Of a stretch of 64,000 nucleotides of DNA, positions 1-10,719 are shown piece after piece. The number at the start of each line of letters is the position of its first letter. Position 1 is the stretch's first letter. Under the pieces are notes generated by a model. That model made no database searches. It was not told the origin of the DNA and saw only the letters and a program-made list of their open reading frames with translations. The position numbers were made by a program, and so were the translations under genes. Source of the DNA: Puniceicoccaceae bacterium (GTDB taxonomy: Bacteria > Verrucomicrobiota > Verrucomicrobiia > Opitutales > Oceanipulchritudinaceae); assembly GCA_040830765.1 (NCBI GenBank), contig JBFOMH010000017.1:128001-192000 (forward strand). Reading direction: 5' to 3'.

Positions 1-31
1 GGTCAGTTCCGGGGCGGGAGGAAGGTCCATC

Positions 32-2707
32 TTAGGTTCCAATCGAATTGAGCCAGCCGGTGAGGACGGACTCCAGTTTATCCGGTTCCGAACCGCCGCC
101 CATGGCGAAGTCAGGTTTGCCGCCGCCCTTGCCGCCGAGTTCAGCGGTCAGGGTGCGGATGATATCCCCCGCCTTGAAGCCCTTTTTGATGGCTTCCTCG
201 GATGCCATGGCGATGAGGGTGACCTTCGGGCCGAATACGCCCCCGGTGACCAGCAGCCCATTGTTCAATTGCTTGAAGGTCTTGGCGGTGAGGGAACGCA
301 GGTCGTTGGGGTTGTCCGCTTGTAGTTGCTTGGCCAGTACATCCATTCCGTCAATGGAGCGGATTTCGTCCTTGAGAGCGGCGGCCTGGTCTGCCTGGGC
401 CTGGGACTTCGAGGCCTTGATGGCCCGTTCCGCCTCGACCAGGCGTTCCTGCATATCCTTGACGCGCTCCGGCAGTTCGTCCGGCTTGGCGGAGAAGCCG
501 TGGGCGAGGGCAGTCAGGATATCAAAGCGCTGCTCGACAAGACTTGCGGCAGCCTCGCCACAAACGGCCTCGATGCGGCGGGTCCCGGCAGCAATGGCCG
601 ATTCGGAGACAATCTTCAATAGCCCGATTTCGCCACTGGCGGAGACGTGGGTCCCGCCGCAGAGCTCCTTGCTCCAGCCTCCCATGTCGACCACGCGGAC
701 AACGTCCCCGTACTTTTCCCCGAAGAAGGCAATGACATCTTCCGGCTTCTGGTCGAACGGCACCTCGTACCACTTGACGGGATCGTTCTCGAGAATCTTT
801 TCATTGCAGAGCCGCTCAATCTCCCGCAACTGGTCGGCGGAAATCTGCTCGAAGTGGGAAAAGTCAAAGCGCAGGCGATCGGGACCGACGAAGGAGCCTG
901 CCTGCTGCACGTGGGTACCGAGGACCGAACGCAGGGCCCAGTGGAGCACATGGGTGGCGGAGTGATGGCGCTGCACGGCCTTGCGGTAAGGGAGGTCGAC
1001 GTCGATGACGGCCGCTTTACCAGTCATCTGCTCGTCCAACTCGTCCTGTATCTCGTGCAGCACATGCCCGCTGTCATCCTTGGTGGTGTAGGTAACCGGA
1101 TACCGTTCCCCGTCAATGGTGAGGATGCCCTTGTCACCGACCTGGCCGCCCATCTCCGCGTAACAGGGAGTCTTGTCGAGGACGACGAAGGATTGGTCAC
1201 CCTCAGAATGAATCCGGAGGATGGTTGATTCTGTTCCTCTGAGGTTTTCCGGTTCGTAGCCGTTGAAGAGGGTCGGTTCGCTGCCGTCGTCCTCCTCACT
1301 GACCCGGATGACGCTGGACTGGCGGGCGGCACGGGCGCGCTCCCGCTGGATGTTCATTTCCTTCTGGAATCCGGAGGTATCGACGGTAAGTCCCTTTTCC
1401 GCGGCGATGATCTGTGTCAAGTCGAGCGGAAAGCCATGGGTGTCATAAAGCGTAAAGGCATCTTCGCCGCTGATCTGCTCCGGGTTGGTGGCAAAGATTT
1501 TTTCCAGCATCAGCAGACCGCGTTCGATGGTCCGTTCAAATGCCGCCTCCTCGCTGGCGATAACCTTGCGGATAACGGTTTCCTGTTCCTTCAGTTCAGG
1601 GAAGACCGGCCCGAGGATAGCAATAACGGGTTCCACCAGTTCGGTGAAAAAGCCATCCTTCAAGCTGAGCCGGCGTCCATAGAGGATGGCCCGGCGAAGA
1701 ATGCGGCGGAGGACGTAGTTGCGGCCCTCATTACCGGGAAGGATACCATCGGCAATGGCGCAGGAAAGGGTGCGAATGTGGTCGGCAATGACTCGGAAGG
1801 CGATGTCCAGCATCTCCTCTTCCGTCGGTTTGTGGGGATCCGCCGGCAGGCTGGCGCCGTAAGATGTGCCGCACATGGCGGTAATCTTTTCGAAGATCGG
1901 GCTGAAGAGGTCGCAGTTGTAATTGCTCGGCGGCTTGGAGAAGTCCGTGAAATTATCCGTCGTGCCGAGGATACCACAAACCCGCTCGAAGCCCATGCCG
2001 GTGTCGACATGCTTGTTCTTCAGCGGTGTGAATTTGCCATTTTCGTCGGCGTTGAACTGGATAAAGACAAGGTTCCAGAGCTCGATACAGAATGGGGAAT
2101 CGGCATTGACCAGCTTGCCCCCGGTATCACCGTCCGGTGTCAGGTCCATATGGATTTCCGAGCAGGGACCGCAGGGACCCGTATCGCCCATCATCCAGAA
2201 ATTGTCCTTTTTGCCACCGGTGAGGATACGCTCCTTAGGGTCGAGGCCACTCTTCTCCAGGACTTTCGCCCAGTAGTCGTAGGCTTCCTGGTCGAATTCC
2301 GCGGGATCGCCGTCGCCCGGCTTGTAGACCGTGACATAGAGCCGCTCCTTGGGAAACCCCCAGACGTCGGTCAACAGTTCCCAGCCCCATTCAATGGCCT
2401 CCTTCTTGAAGTAGTCCCCAAAGGACCAGTTGCCCAACATTTCGAAAAAGGTCTGGTGGTAGGTATCCAGCCCGACGTCATCGAGGTCGTTGTGCTTCCC
2501 GCCGGCCCGGATGCATTTCTGGGTATCCGCGACCCGGGAATGCGCGGCTTCCCGTTCCCCAAGGAAATAGGGGACAAACGGATTCATGCCGGCGTTGGTG
2601 AAGAGCAGGTTTGGTGCGGTTGGCATGAGGGAGGCAGACGGCACGATGTGGTGTTGCTTGCCGGCAAAGAAATCAAGGAAGGACTGGCGGACTTCTGCGG
2701 AGGTCAT
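32..2707 (-). CDS. alaS: Alanine--tRNA ligase
   Basis: N-terminal MTSAEVRQSFLDFF, FTNAGM, TFFEMLGNWSFGDYFK, editing-domain HSATH and ELCGGTH, C-terminal DHHA1 GGKGGG. Confidence 0.99.
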   Translation of the reverse strand: MTSAEVRQSFLDFFAGKQHHIVPSASLMPTAPNLLFTNAGMNPFVPYFLGEREAAHSRVADTQKCIRAGGKHNDLDDVGLDTYHQTFFEMLGNWSFGDYFKKEAIEWGWELLTDVWGFPKERLYVTVYKPGDGDPAEFDQEAYDYWAKVLEKSGLDPKERILTGGKKDNFWMMGDTGPCGPCSEIHMDLTPDGDTGGKLVNADSPFCIELWNLVFIQFNADENGKFTPLKNKHVDTGMGFERVCGILGTTDNFTDFSKPPSNYNCDLFSPIFEKITAMCGTSYGASLPADPHKPTEEEMLDIAFRVIADHIRTLSCAIADGILPGNEGRNYVLRRILRRAILYGRRLSLKDGFFTELVEPVIAILGPVFPELKEQETVIRKVIASEEAAFERTIERGLLMLEKIFATNPEQISGEDAFTLYDTHGFPLDLTQIIAAEKGLTVDTSGFQKEMNIQRERARAARQSSVIRVSEEDDGSEPTLFNGYEPENLRGTESTILRIHSEGDQSFVVLDKTPCYAEMGGQVGDKGILTIDGERYPVTYTTKDDSGHVLHEIQDELDEQMTGKAAVIDVDLPYRKAVQRHHSATHVLHWALRSVLGTHVQQAGSFVGPDRLRFDFSHFEQISADQLREIERLCNEKILENDPVKWYEVPFDQKPEDVIAFFGEKYGDVVRVVDMGGWSKELCGGTHVSASGEIGLLKIVSESAIAAGTRRIEAVCGEAAASLVEQRFDILTALAHGFSAKPDELPERVKDMQERLVEAERAIKASKSQAQADQAAALKDEIRSIDGMDVLAKQLQADNPNDLRSLTAKTFKQLNNGLLVTGGVFGPKVTLIAMASEEAIKKGFKAGDIIRTLTAELGGKGGGKPDFAMGGGSEPDKLESVLTGWLNSIGT

Positions 2708-2713
2708 TGTTTT

Positions 2714-2755
2714 GGTCGTAGGACTAAGGTCGTAGGTCGAAGGACTTAGGACTAA
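2714..2755. repeat. Six tandem degenerate 7-bp units (GGWC-N-W-A)
   Basis: ggtcgta ggactaa ggtcgta ggtcgaa ggactta ggactaa in the leuB-alaS spacer. Confidence 0.85.
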
Positions 2756-2784
2756 GGGCGCTTGGCGTTTTAAGAAAGGATTTT

Positions 2785-3885
<1,101 letters not shown>

Positions 3886-4000
3886 GATTTAATGACCAAA
3901 GCGTGCGAGGAGAGAAAATCCACCATCAAATGGCAATCCCTTTTCCTGTCGCCCGGTGAAGGGACTTGCCCTTGAGGCCCTTGGTTCTTTTTTTGGTTCT

Positions 4001-4915
4001 ATGTTGCAGCTCATCCGGGAGTCCTGGACCAGTGCGTCGACAAACACCAAGTTACTCCTGGTGTTCCTGTCCGTGGCTATCTTAAGCAGCCTTGCGGTAA
4101 TCACCATTGTCGTCCGCAACTGGCGTGCGGATGCCCCAATCGTCGAGGAAGACCTTAGCCAGCACAAAAGCCGCGATTTGCTCCGGGTCATCCGCCAAAC
4201 CGACATCGGTGAGGGTCCCGTTCAACTGTTGGGCATCGCCGAAAAGGCAGTCCTTGACCGCCACCTCAATGTCATCGGTGGAATTAAAAACATCTCCTCC
4301 ATATCCAGCATTCGTTTTTCCGGCCAGGTTACCTTTCAGGGTGGCCTCGTCCAGGAGGTCATTGTTGTCAAGAAAGGGGGCGACCGGATGCGGACATCGG
4401 TCCGCTCCAAGAAAACCCAAACATCATGGGTAATCTCTCCCGAGTCGAATTGGCGCGGGATCTGGGTGAATGGCAACCTGCGCGAGGTGCAGGACCTTGG
4501 GGATGACGAGCTGGAAAATTCCCTGCGCTACATCAATGTGGTCAGTGAGCTGTATCTTGCCCAGCAAAACGAATGGGACCTCCGTTATCTCGGCGTGAAG
4601 GACTTCAATTACCGGATGGCCCATGTCTTTGAAGTCAAGATGGGTCCCCGGCACATTGTTGAATTCTACATAGATCCGAACTCTTTCCTCGACATGGGCC
4701 AGGTTGAGAAAGTTTTCGAAAGCGATGGGACATTGAATATCACCCGCCGCATCCATAGGAAACACTTTCAAGCCAATGGCTTTACGCTACCCAGTCGTGT
4801 GGACACCTACGTCAATGGCGAGCTGATCCAAAGGTTCGACCTCGAATCCGCCATATTTAATGCAGGGGTGCTGGACTCCGTCTTTGAGCGGCCGGAACTG
4901 GACGTCACACCCTGA
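4001..4915 (+). CDS. Hypothetical membrane-anchored periplasmic protein, possibly LolA-like beta fold
   Basis: ORF 3956-4915 with ATG at 4001 preferred; one N-terminal TM helix; beta-rich C-terminus ending FNAGVLDSVFERP. Confidence 0.6.
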   Translation: MLQLIRESWTSASTNTKLLLVFLSVAILSSLAVITIVVRNWRADAPIVEEDLSQHKSRDLLRVIRQTDIGEGPVQLLGIAEKAVLDRHLNVIGGIKNISSISSIRFSGQVTFQGGLVQEVIVVKKGGDRMRTSVRSKKTQTSWVISPESNWRGIWVNGNLREVQDLGDDELENSLRYINVVSELYLAQQNEWDLRYLGVKDFNYRMAHVFEVKMGPRHIVEFYIDPNSFLDMGQVEKVFESDGTLNITRRIHRKHFQANGFTLPSRVDTYVNGELIQRFDLESAIFNAGVLDSVFERPELDVTP

Positions 4916-6254
4916 TACTTTTCAGGGGAGGCGGATCGGTGATTTGGCAGGCCGGATCGAGCAAATGGATCTGCTCCTTGAACCAGTCCCGGGCCTCCTG
5001 ATCCCCATGTGTAAGAACGACGGCCCGTGGATGGCGAGCCATCGCGTCCTGGAGAATGTCTTCCCGGTCGGCATGTGAACTGAGGTCGAATTTTTCAATA
5101 TGGGCGAGGGCCTGGACCGTCTTGCGCAAGGCCTTGAAGAGGAATTTTTCCCCCTGCCGCAACTTCAGTAATTTCCCCCCGGGGGTATCCGGGTCGCAAT
5201 AGCCGACAAAGCAAATCGTGTTCTGGTGGGAGCCCAGGAGTTCGGCGGCGGCACCGTAGCTGGGGGTATTTTCCACCATCATCCCACTGCTGAGGAGATA
5301 GATGGCCGGACCATCCCGTCCCGGGCGATGGTTTTGGGGCAATTTCATGGCACCCATCTCGCGGAACATCTTCTTGCGCATGTGCAGACGCGGATTCTTG
5401 CGGGCTATCTTGTCGAACTGGCCCATGAGGTCGATGCCCAGTCCACTGACATAAATCGGCAGGCGCTTGATGCGGCCTTCCGAGCGTGCCCGGTGGAAGA
5501 CACCGAGTAATTCCTGCATCCTTCCGAGGGCGAACACTGGTATCAGGGTGGAGCCACCGTGTGAGGCCGTGTGCTCAATGGTGCTGAGGAGTCTTTCCAG
5601 CTCGCTTGCCCTCGATGCCTGTCGCTGGGTTGCCCCACGGGTGGTTTCTATAATCATGGTATCCACATCCCCGCCCGGGAAGCGGGCACCGTCGAGCAGG
5701 GCCGTGTCGGAGAAGAGGACATCCCCGGTATGGAGAATCCGTCGATGCCGGTGCTCGAGGGAGATCCCCACGGCTCCTGGCACATGACCCGCGTCATGAA
5801 GTGTGAAGGTGATCCGTTCTCCGGAATCCGATTCAAAGTGGCGGGGCTGGCCGGGAGGGAGGCCGATAACCTGTCGTGAACAGGCCGTTATGTCGCGGTA
5901 GGAATAGAGCGGATATTCGCCAATGCCAAGTTCCACCCGCTGCCGATCCATTACGCGGTAGGAATTCTGCAGCATCCTTTTGTAGAACTGTTCGGAATCC
6001 CGGCTGGTAATGATGGGTGTGTTGGGATTGTCCCTGGCCAGCAGGGGGAGGGCTCCGAGGTGATCGAGGTGGCAATGGGTTAGAAAGATCAGGTCAATCG
6101 GGAGATCGCGCAAGCGTTCCAGGCGAGGCAGGGCTGCCGCACCAATCTGTTTTGGGTGAATGCCTGCGTCGATGACGATGTTCATCGAGTCCAGCTGCAG
6201 CAGGAGGCAGTTGGCCCCGATTCCTCCAGCGGCGTTCAAGTCGGTTAAGAGCAT
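4905..6254 (-). CDS. MBL-fold beta-CASP metallo-hydrolase (RNA-processing nuclease family)
   Basis: THCHLDH, AGHVPGA, HTGD, PVFALGRMQE, SSGM, SSHAD, LTHGD motifs. Confidence 0.9.
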   Translation of the reverse strand: MLLTDLNAAGGIGANCLLLQLDSMNIVIDAGIHPKQIGAAALPRLERLRDLPIDLIFLTHCHLDHLGALPLLARDNPNTPIITSRDSEQFYKRMLQNSYRVMDRQRVELGIGEYPLYSYRDITACSRQVIGLPPGQPRHFESDSGERITFTLHDAGHVPGAVGISLEHRHRRILHTGDVLFSDTALLDGARFPGGDVDTMIIETTRGATQRQASRASELERLLSTIEHTASHGGSTLIPVFALGRMQELLGVFHRARSEGRIKRLPIYVSGLGIDLMGQFDKIARKNPRLHMRKKMFREMGAMKLPQNHRPGRDGPAIYLLSSGMMVENTPSYGAAAELLGSHQNTICFVGYCDPDTPGGKLLKLRQGEKFLFKALRKTVQALAHIEKFDLSSHADREDILQDAMARHPRAVVLTHGDQEARDWFKEQIHLLDPACQITDPPPLKSIRV

Positions 6255-6652
6255 CCCGTATCTCCCGGTATCTTCAATTCAAATGAAGGGATGGGGACGG
6301 CAATCGGGGTACCGTTGGCATCCACTCCATGAAAGGCCCCCGAGACCAGGGAGCCCTTACCTGCGAGGTGGAAGGAGGCGTAGGAAAAGGATCGACCGGG
6401 CGCCAGTTCGGGCGTCTTGCCGACCACCTTGTCCCCCTCAATAACGTCGATTTGCCCATCCGTCTGGTGCAGGACCCATTTGCGGGCGAGGATAGTGACG
6501 GTTTGGTCGGAGTTATTGTGAATTGTCAGGTGGTAGGTGAAGACATGTGGCCTGCCGGGAGGGGTCTGGATTGGTTCGTAGGTATAATCCAGTCGGTCCA
6601 GGGTGACGAAGACGCCTTTCGGAGTAGAACGTGATTGCTGAGCCTGACCCAT
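6245..6652 (-). CDS. apaG: ApaG-domain protein
   Basis: FTYHLTIHN, ARKW, IEGDKVVGKTPEL..G.SF.Y.S; ATG at 6652 preferred; overlaps the downstream beta-CASP gene by 10 bp. Confidence 0.85.
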   Translation of the reverse strand: MGQAQQSRSTPKGVFVTLDRLDYTYEPIQTPPGRPHVFTYHLTIHNNSDQTVTILARKWVLHQTDGQIDVIEGDKVVGKTPELAPGRSFSYASFHLAGKGSLVSGAFHGVDANGTPIAVPIPSFELKIPGDTGCS

Positions 6653-6791
6653 CTTCAACGGATTAAAGGGACGCTGCGAGTGGCAAGCTGGCAAGGGAAT
6701 TCTGGCGGGGAAACCAGAGCCTGGAGTGATTTATTGTACGCCACCGGCAAATGGGCTTGCCTCAAACGGCCCTCACTCAATCAATGACGGT

Positions 6792-8339
6792 GTGACTAGG
6801 ACAGCGCTCATCAGTGTCAGTGATAAGACAGGAATTGTCTCCTTTGCGAAGGAGCTGGTAACACGCCACGGATTCAAGATCCTTTCCACCGGGGGAACCG
6901 CCAAGGCTTTGGCCGATGCCGGTATTGATGTGGTCGAGGTCAGTGACCACACGGGTTTTCCGGAAATGATGGAAGGCCGGGTCAAGACCCTGCACCCGAA
7001 GATTCACGGGGGCTTGCTCTGTCTTCGCGAAAAGCCCGAGCACATGGAACAGGCGGCTGCCCACGACATTGAGATGATCGAGATGGTGGTGGTGAACCTC
7101 TATCCCTTCGAGGAGACTGTGGCCAAGCCGGACGTGACCCGGGAAGAAGCCATTGAGCAGATAGACATTGGCGGGCCCTCAATGCTGCGGAGCGCGGCCA
7201 AGAATCACCAGTCCGTCACCGTCATTACGGATCCGGCCGATTATGGGCGGGTGCTGGAGGTACTGGATGATGCCGAGGCCCTGACCGCCCTGCGCCGCGA
7301 GCTGGCCATCAAGGTTTATGCCCGGACGAGTGCCTACGATGCCGCTATTACCCGTTTCCTGACGGAGGTCGAGAAAGGGCCGGATATTGAGGCTATCGCC
7401 GGTTTGCCGGAGCAGTTCACCCTGGAGGACGAAAAGGCGGCTTCCCTCCGTTATGGGGAGAATCCGCATCAGAAAGCAGCCCTTTACGGCCGCTTCTTTG
7501 ATGTCTTCGAACAGTTACAGGGCAAGGAACTGAGTTTTAACAATATCATCGACATCTCCGCAGCCACTTACCTCATCGGGGAGTTTGAACGGCCGACCGT
7601 GGCCATCTTAAAGCACACTAATCCGTGTGGCGTGGCCAGTGCGGAAAACCTTGTCGAGGCATGGGACCAGGCATTCGCCACCGACCGGCAAGCGCCGTTT
7701 GGCGGAATTATCGTGGTCAACCAGACGGTGGATGCCGAGCTGGCCAACCGCATCCGGGAGATTTTCTGTGAAGTGATCATTGCCCCGCACTTTGACGAGG
7801 AAGCGCGGGAGTTGTTCGCCAAGCGCAAGAACCTGCGCCTGATGATTACCAAGGATGGTGTGCGCGAGGATTCGTTGCTCGATATTCGATCTGCCATCGG
7901 TGGCTTCCTAATCCAGGACCGGGACCAGAAACGGCTCCGGCCGGCTGACTGCAAGGTCGTGACTGAACGTCAGCCGACCGATGAGGAATGGCGGGCGATG
8001 CTCTTTGGCTGGAAGGTGGTCAAGCACGTCAAGTCCAACGCCATTGTCTATGCGGGGGCTGAGCGGACCATCGGAATTGGTGCCGGCCAGATGTCGCGGG
8101 TCGACAGTTCGCGCATTGCTGTCTGGAAGGCTGGGGAAGCCAAACTTCCGCTCGACGGATCAATTATCGCCTCGGATGCCTTCTTCCCCTTTGCCGACGG
8201 GTTGGAGGCTGCCGCTGCCGCTGGCGCAACCGCCGCGATCCAGCCTGGCGGTTCCGTCCGGGACGAGGAGGTCATCGCCGCGGCCAATGCCAAGGGCATG
8301 GCCATGGTCTTTACCGGGATACGACACTTTCGCCACTAG
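6792..8339 (+). CDS. purH: Bifunctional AICAR transformylase/IMP cyclohydrolase
   Basis: [49 protein letters not shown], terminal RHFRH; GTG start at 6792 inferred. Confidence 0.98.
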   Translation: MTRTALISVSDKTGIVSFAKELVTRHGFKILSTGGTAKALADAGIDVVEVSDHTGFPEMMEGRVKTLHPKIHGGLLCLREKPEHMEQAAAHDIEMIEMVVVNLYPFEETVAKPDVTREEAIEQIDIGGPSMLRSAAKNHQSVTVITDPADYGRVLEVLDDAEALTALRRELAIKVYARTSAYDAAITRFLTEVEKGPDIEAIAGLPEQFTLEDEKAASLRYGENPHQKAALYGRFFDVFEQLQGKELSFNNIIDISAATYLIGEFERPTVAILKHTNPCGVASAENLVEAWDQAFATDRQAPFGGIIVVNQTVDAELANRIREIFCEVIIAPHFDEEARELFAKRKNLRLMITKDGVREDSLLDIRSAIGGFLIQDRDQKRLRPADCKVVTERQPTDEEWRAMLFGWKVVKHVKSNAIVYAGAERTIGIGAGQMSRVDSSRIAVWKAGEAKLPLDGSIIASDAFFPFADGLEAAAAAGATAAIQPGGSVRDEEVIAAANAKGMAMVFTGIRHFRH

Positions 8340-8345
8340 GCTGCC

Positions 8346-9434
8346 ATGGACATCAGCCCGGCCATCCTCGAAAGCACACCCTATTGCATTCTTGTGCTGG
8401 ACGAGGACCTGAGGCTGGTCTTCGGGAACACGAACTTCCACCGCTTCATCGAGGAAAACTTTGGCATTTCCATGGAGCCGGGATTTTCCCTCCTGGATGC
8501 TGTTCCTGAAGAAAAGCGGCCCCGTTACTCACTGCGACTGAAGGAAGTGCTCAGCGGCCAGTGTGCCCGCCTCGAGGAGTCCCTCAATATCAATGGCTTT
8601 ACCCGGTACTTCGACGTTACCTACCAGCCACTCGAGGGAGGGACGATCTGGGACAAGGTCGTTATCACCTTTGATGACATCACCTCGCGGAAACGAAGGG
8701 AGATGCGGCTTCTTGACGAGGAAGCACACCTGACAAACCGTATCGCCACCCGGGAAACCCTTCTCTCCGTCATTAGCCATGACCTCCGGGCCCCTGTTTT
8801 TCAGCTCAACGGACTCCTCTTCCTGATTCGCCAGGCCGCGGAGTCGCGGGATGAGGCCCGGTTGCAGATGCAGGCGGATGATCTTGAGCAGCGCATCGCC
8901 CACTTGACCCACACCTTGGATAACCTCCTGAGCTGGTCCAGCCTGCAACGCCAGGGGCTCGTCCCCCAGGTCACGCAATTCCAGTTGAAACCGGTTTTCG
9001 AACACGCCATCGGACTGCTCAAGCCCTCCGCGCATCAAAAGGATGTCCGTATCTACTGTAAGGGATTAAACGCAACCGAACTTGTCTCGGACCGCGAGAT
9101 GGTAGCCTTCCTGGTCCGGAACTTGATCAACAATGCGATCAAGTTTTCCCACAATTCCGGCAAGGTTGAAGTGACCGTCTCCCAGACCCGCGAAGGAGTA
9201 TGCTTCACGGTTAAGGACTTTGGCGTGGGCATGCGGCCCGATCGCATCGATTCCCTGAAGGACGGGGAAAACTATTTCAGCGAGACGGGGACCTGGGGCG
9301 AACACGGAACAGGACTGGGACTCAGCCTGTGTGCCGAATTCGTCAAGCGACTCAAAGGTGTCATGGCCTTTGATTCTTCCCCTGGGAAGGGAACGCTGGT
9401 GACAGTAACCCTGCCCCAGATGGACTTGTCGTAA
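8346..9434 (+). CDS. Cytoplasmic PAS-domain sensor histidine kinase
   Basis: N-terminal PAS-like region; H-box SHDLRAP; N-box NLINNAIKF; DFGVGM; GTGLGL; no TM segment. Confidence 0.92.
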   Translation: MDISPAILESTPYCILVLDEDLRLVFGNTNFHRFIEENFGISMEPGFSLLDAVPEEKRPRYSLRLKEVLSGQCARLEESLNINGFTRYFDVTYQPLEGGTIWDKVVITFDDITSRKRREMRLLDEEAHLTNRIATRETLLSVISHDLRAPVFQLNGLLFLIRQAAESRDEARLQMQADDLEQRIAHLTHTLDNLLSWSSLQRQGLVPQVTQFQLKPVFEHAIGLLKPSAHQKDVRIYCKGLNATELVSDREMVAFLVRNLINNAIKFSHNSGKVEVTVSQTREGVCFTVKDFGVGMRPDRIDSLKDGENYFSETGTWGEHGTGLGLSLCAEFVKRLKGVMAFDSSPGKGTLVTVTLPQMDLS

Positions 9435-10454
9435 TCAGGAAGCCTGCTGCTTCGCCTCGACGTTGTCCTCGTAGAACTCCTTGAGGACTTCCATCCGCTT
9501 TGCCTCGAGGCGTTCCTCATGGATTTCCTCATGGCTGCGCTGGCGTTCGTTGGCAATGAGGGCCTTCCGCATGCGGGTTAAGGCCATGTTTTGCAACTGG
9601 CGCACTCGCTCGCGGGTGATTTCAAACATTTCGCCGACTTCCTCCAAGGTAAGTGGCTTATCCCCATTGAGACCAAAGCGAAGGCGGATGATTTCCGCTT
9701 CCCGCGGGTCCAATTCATCGATCAGGGTGTTGAGGTCATTGACCACGTTCTTGTTCTGGAGGTTTTCGAAAGGATTGATTGAATTCTCGTCGCCGATGAG
9801 GTCTCCGAACTCGGTTCCATCGTCATCCCCCACCGGGGCATCGAGGCTGGCCGGGCGAACACTGACGGACTTGAGATGGGCAACTTTGTTGACCGGCATC
9901 TCCATTTCATAGGCAATTTCCTCATCGGTCGGCGCACGTCCCAGAACTTCTTCCAGCTCCATGGTGATGCGGCGCATGCGGGCAATCTTGTCCACCAGAT
10001 GGACGGGTAGGCGAATGGTCTTACTCTGGTTGGCCAAGGCCCGCTTGATGGACTGCTTGATCCACCATGCAGCGTAGGTCGAAAGCTTTCCGCCCTTATT
10101 TGGGTCAAAACGCTCCACTGCCTTGACCAGACCGATGTTGCCCTCGCTGATGAGGTCCAGCAGGGGAAGGCCGAAATTGGAATAATCGTGTGCGATTTTG
10201 ACCACCAAACGAAGATTGGCTTTAATCATTTTTTCCCGTGCCTTGGGATCTCCCCGCTGAATGAGCGCTGCCAGCTCAACTTCCTCTGAGGGCTTCAGGA
10301 GTGGGGTTTTGCCGATTTCCTGAAGGTAAAGTTTTATTGTGCTCTTCTCGGAGGAGGGGAGGTCGCGGACGTCCTCGACTTCCGGCGTGACCGCAGCCGC
10401 ACTGCGGGTTACTTTGATTTCATTTAAGGCAGGCGCGTCTTCGTTAAGCTTCAT
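9435..10454 (-). CDS. RNA polymerase sigma-70 factor, RpoD/SigA family lacking region 1.1
   Basis: YLQEIG, NLRLVVKIA, DLISEGNIGL, STYAAWWIKQ, TIRLPVH, region 4 TLEEVG..TRERVRQ; ATG at 10454 preferred. Confidence 0.93.
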   Translation of the reverse strand: MKLNEDAPALNEIKVTRSAAAVTPEVEDVRDLPSSEKSTIKLYLQEIGKTPLLKPSEEVELAALIQRGDPKAREKMIKANLRLVVKIAHDYSNFGLPLLDLISEGNIGLVKAVERFDPNKGGKLSTYAAWWIKQSIKRALANQSKTIRLPVHLVDKIARMRRITMELEEVLGRAPTDEEIAYEMEMPVNKVAHLKSVSVRPASLDAPVGDDDGTEFGDLIGDENSINPFENLQNKNVVNDLNTLIDELDPREAEIIRLRFGLNGDKPLTLEEVGEMFEITRERVRQLQNMALTRMRKALIANERQRSHEEIHEERLEAKRMEVLKEFYEDNVEAKQQAS

Positions 10455-10719
10455 GTTACTATGGCAAGAGGTTTTTAAGTGGGCTTTATTCTCACTTTTT
10501 GGTGTGCAGCGGTAAATATTCTTGCAAGAAGCGGTGGCTTTATCTCGCAAGTGGTCTTTCGGCGGGATGAGCGGTGAATCCCACCCCGGCGAAGGTCCCC
10601 AAATACCCTGCGCACCATCTATTGAGACTGAGAATCATTAAATTTGTTCAAAGAATCAAGGAAAAAGTGGCGAAGGAACCCTTGCGATTGGGAGGGGAGG
10701 GGTAGATAAGTGTGTGGAG

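Noticed and set aside
1436..2749. 437-aa plus-strand ORF (also 48-965, 10648-11613, 15767-16834, 17535-18530, 28014-29021, 29807-30850)
   Set aside because: Antisense shadows of well-supported genes in GC-rich DNA
6660..6791. ZTP or purine riboswitch upstream of purH
   Set aside because: No recognisable consensus, and the short spacer is explained by divergent promoters
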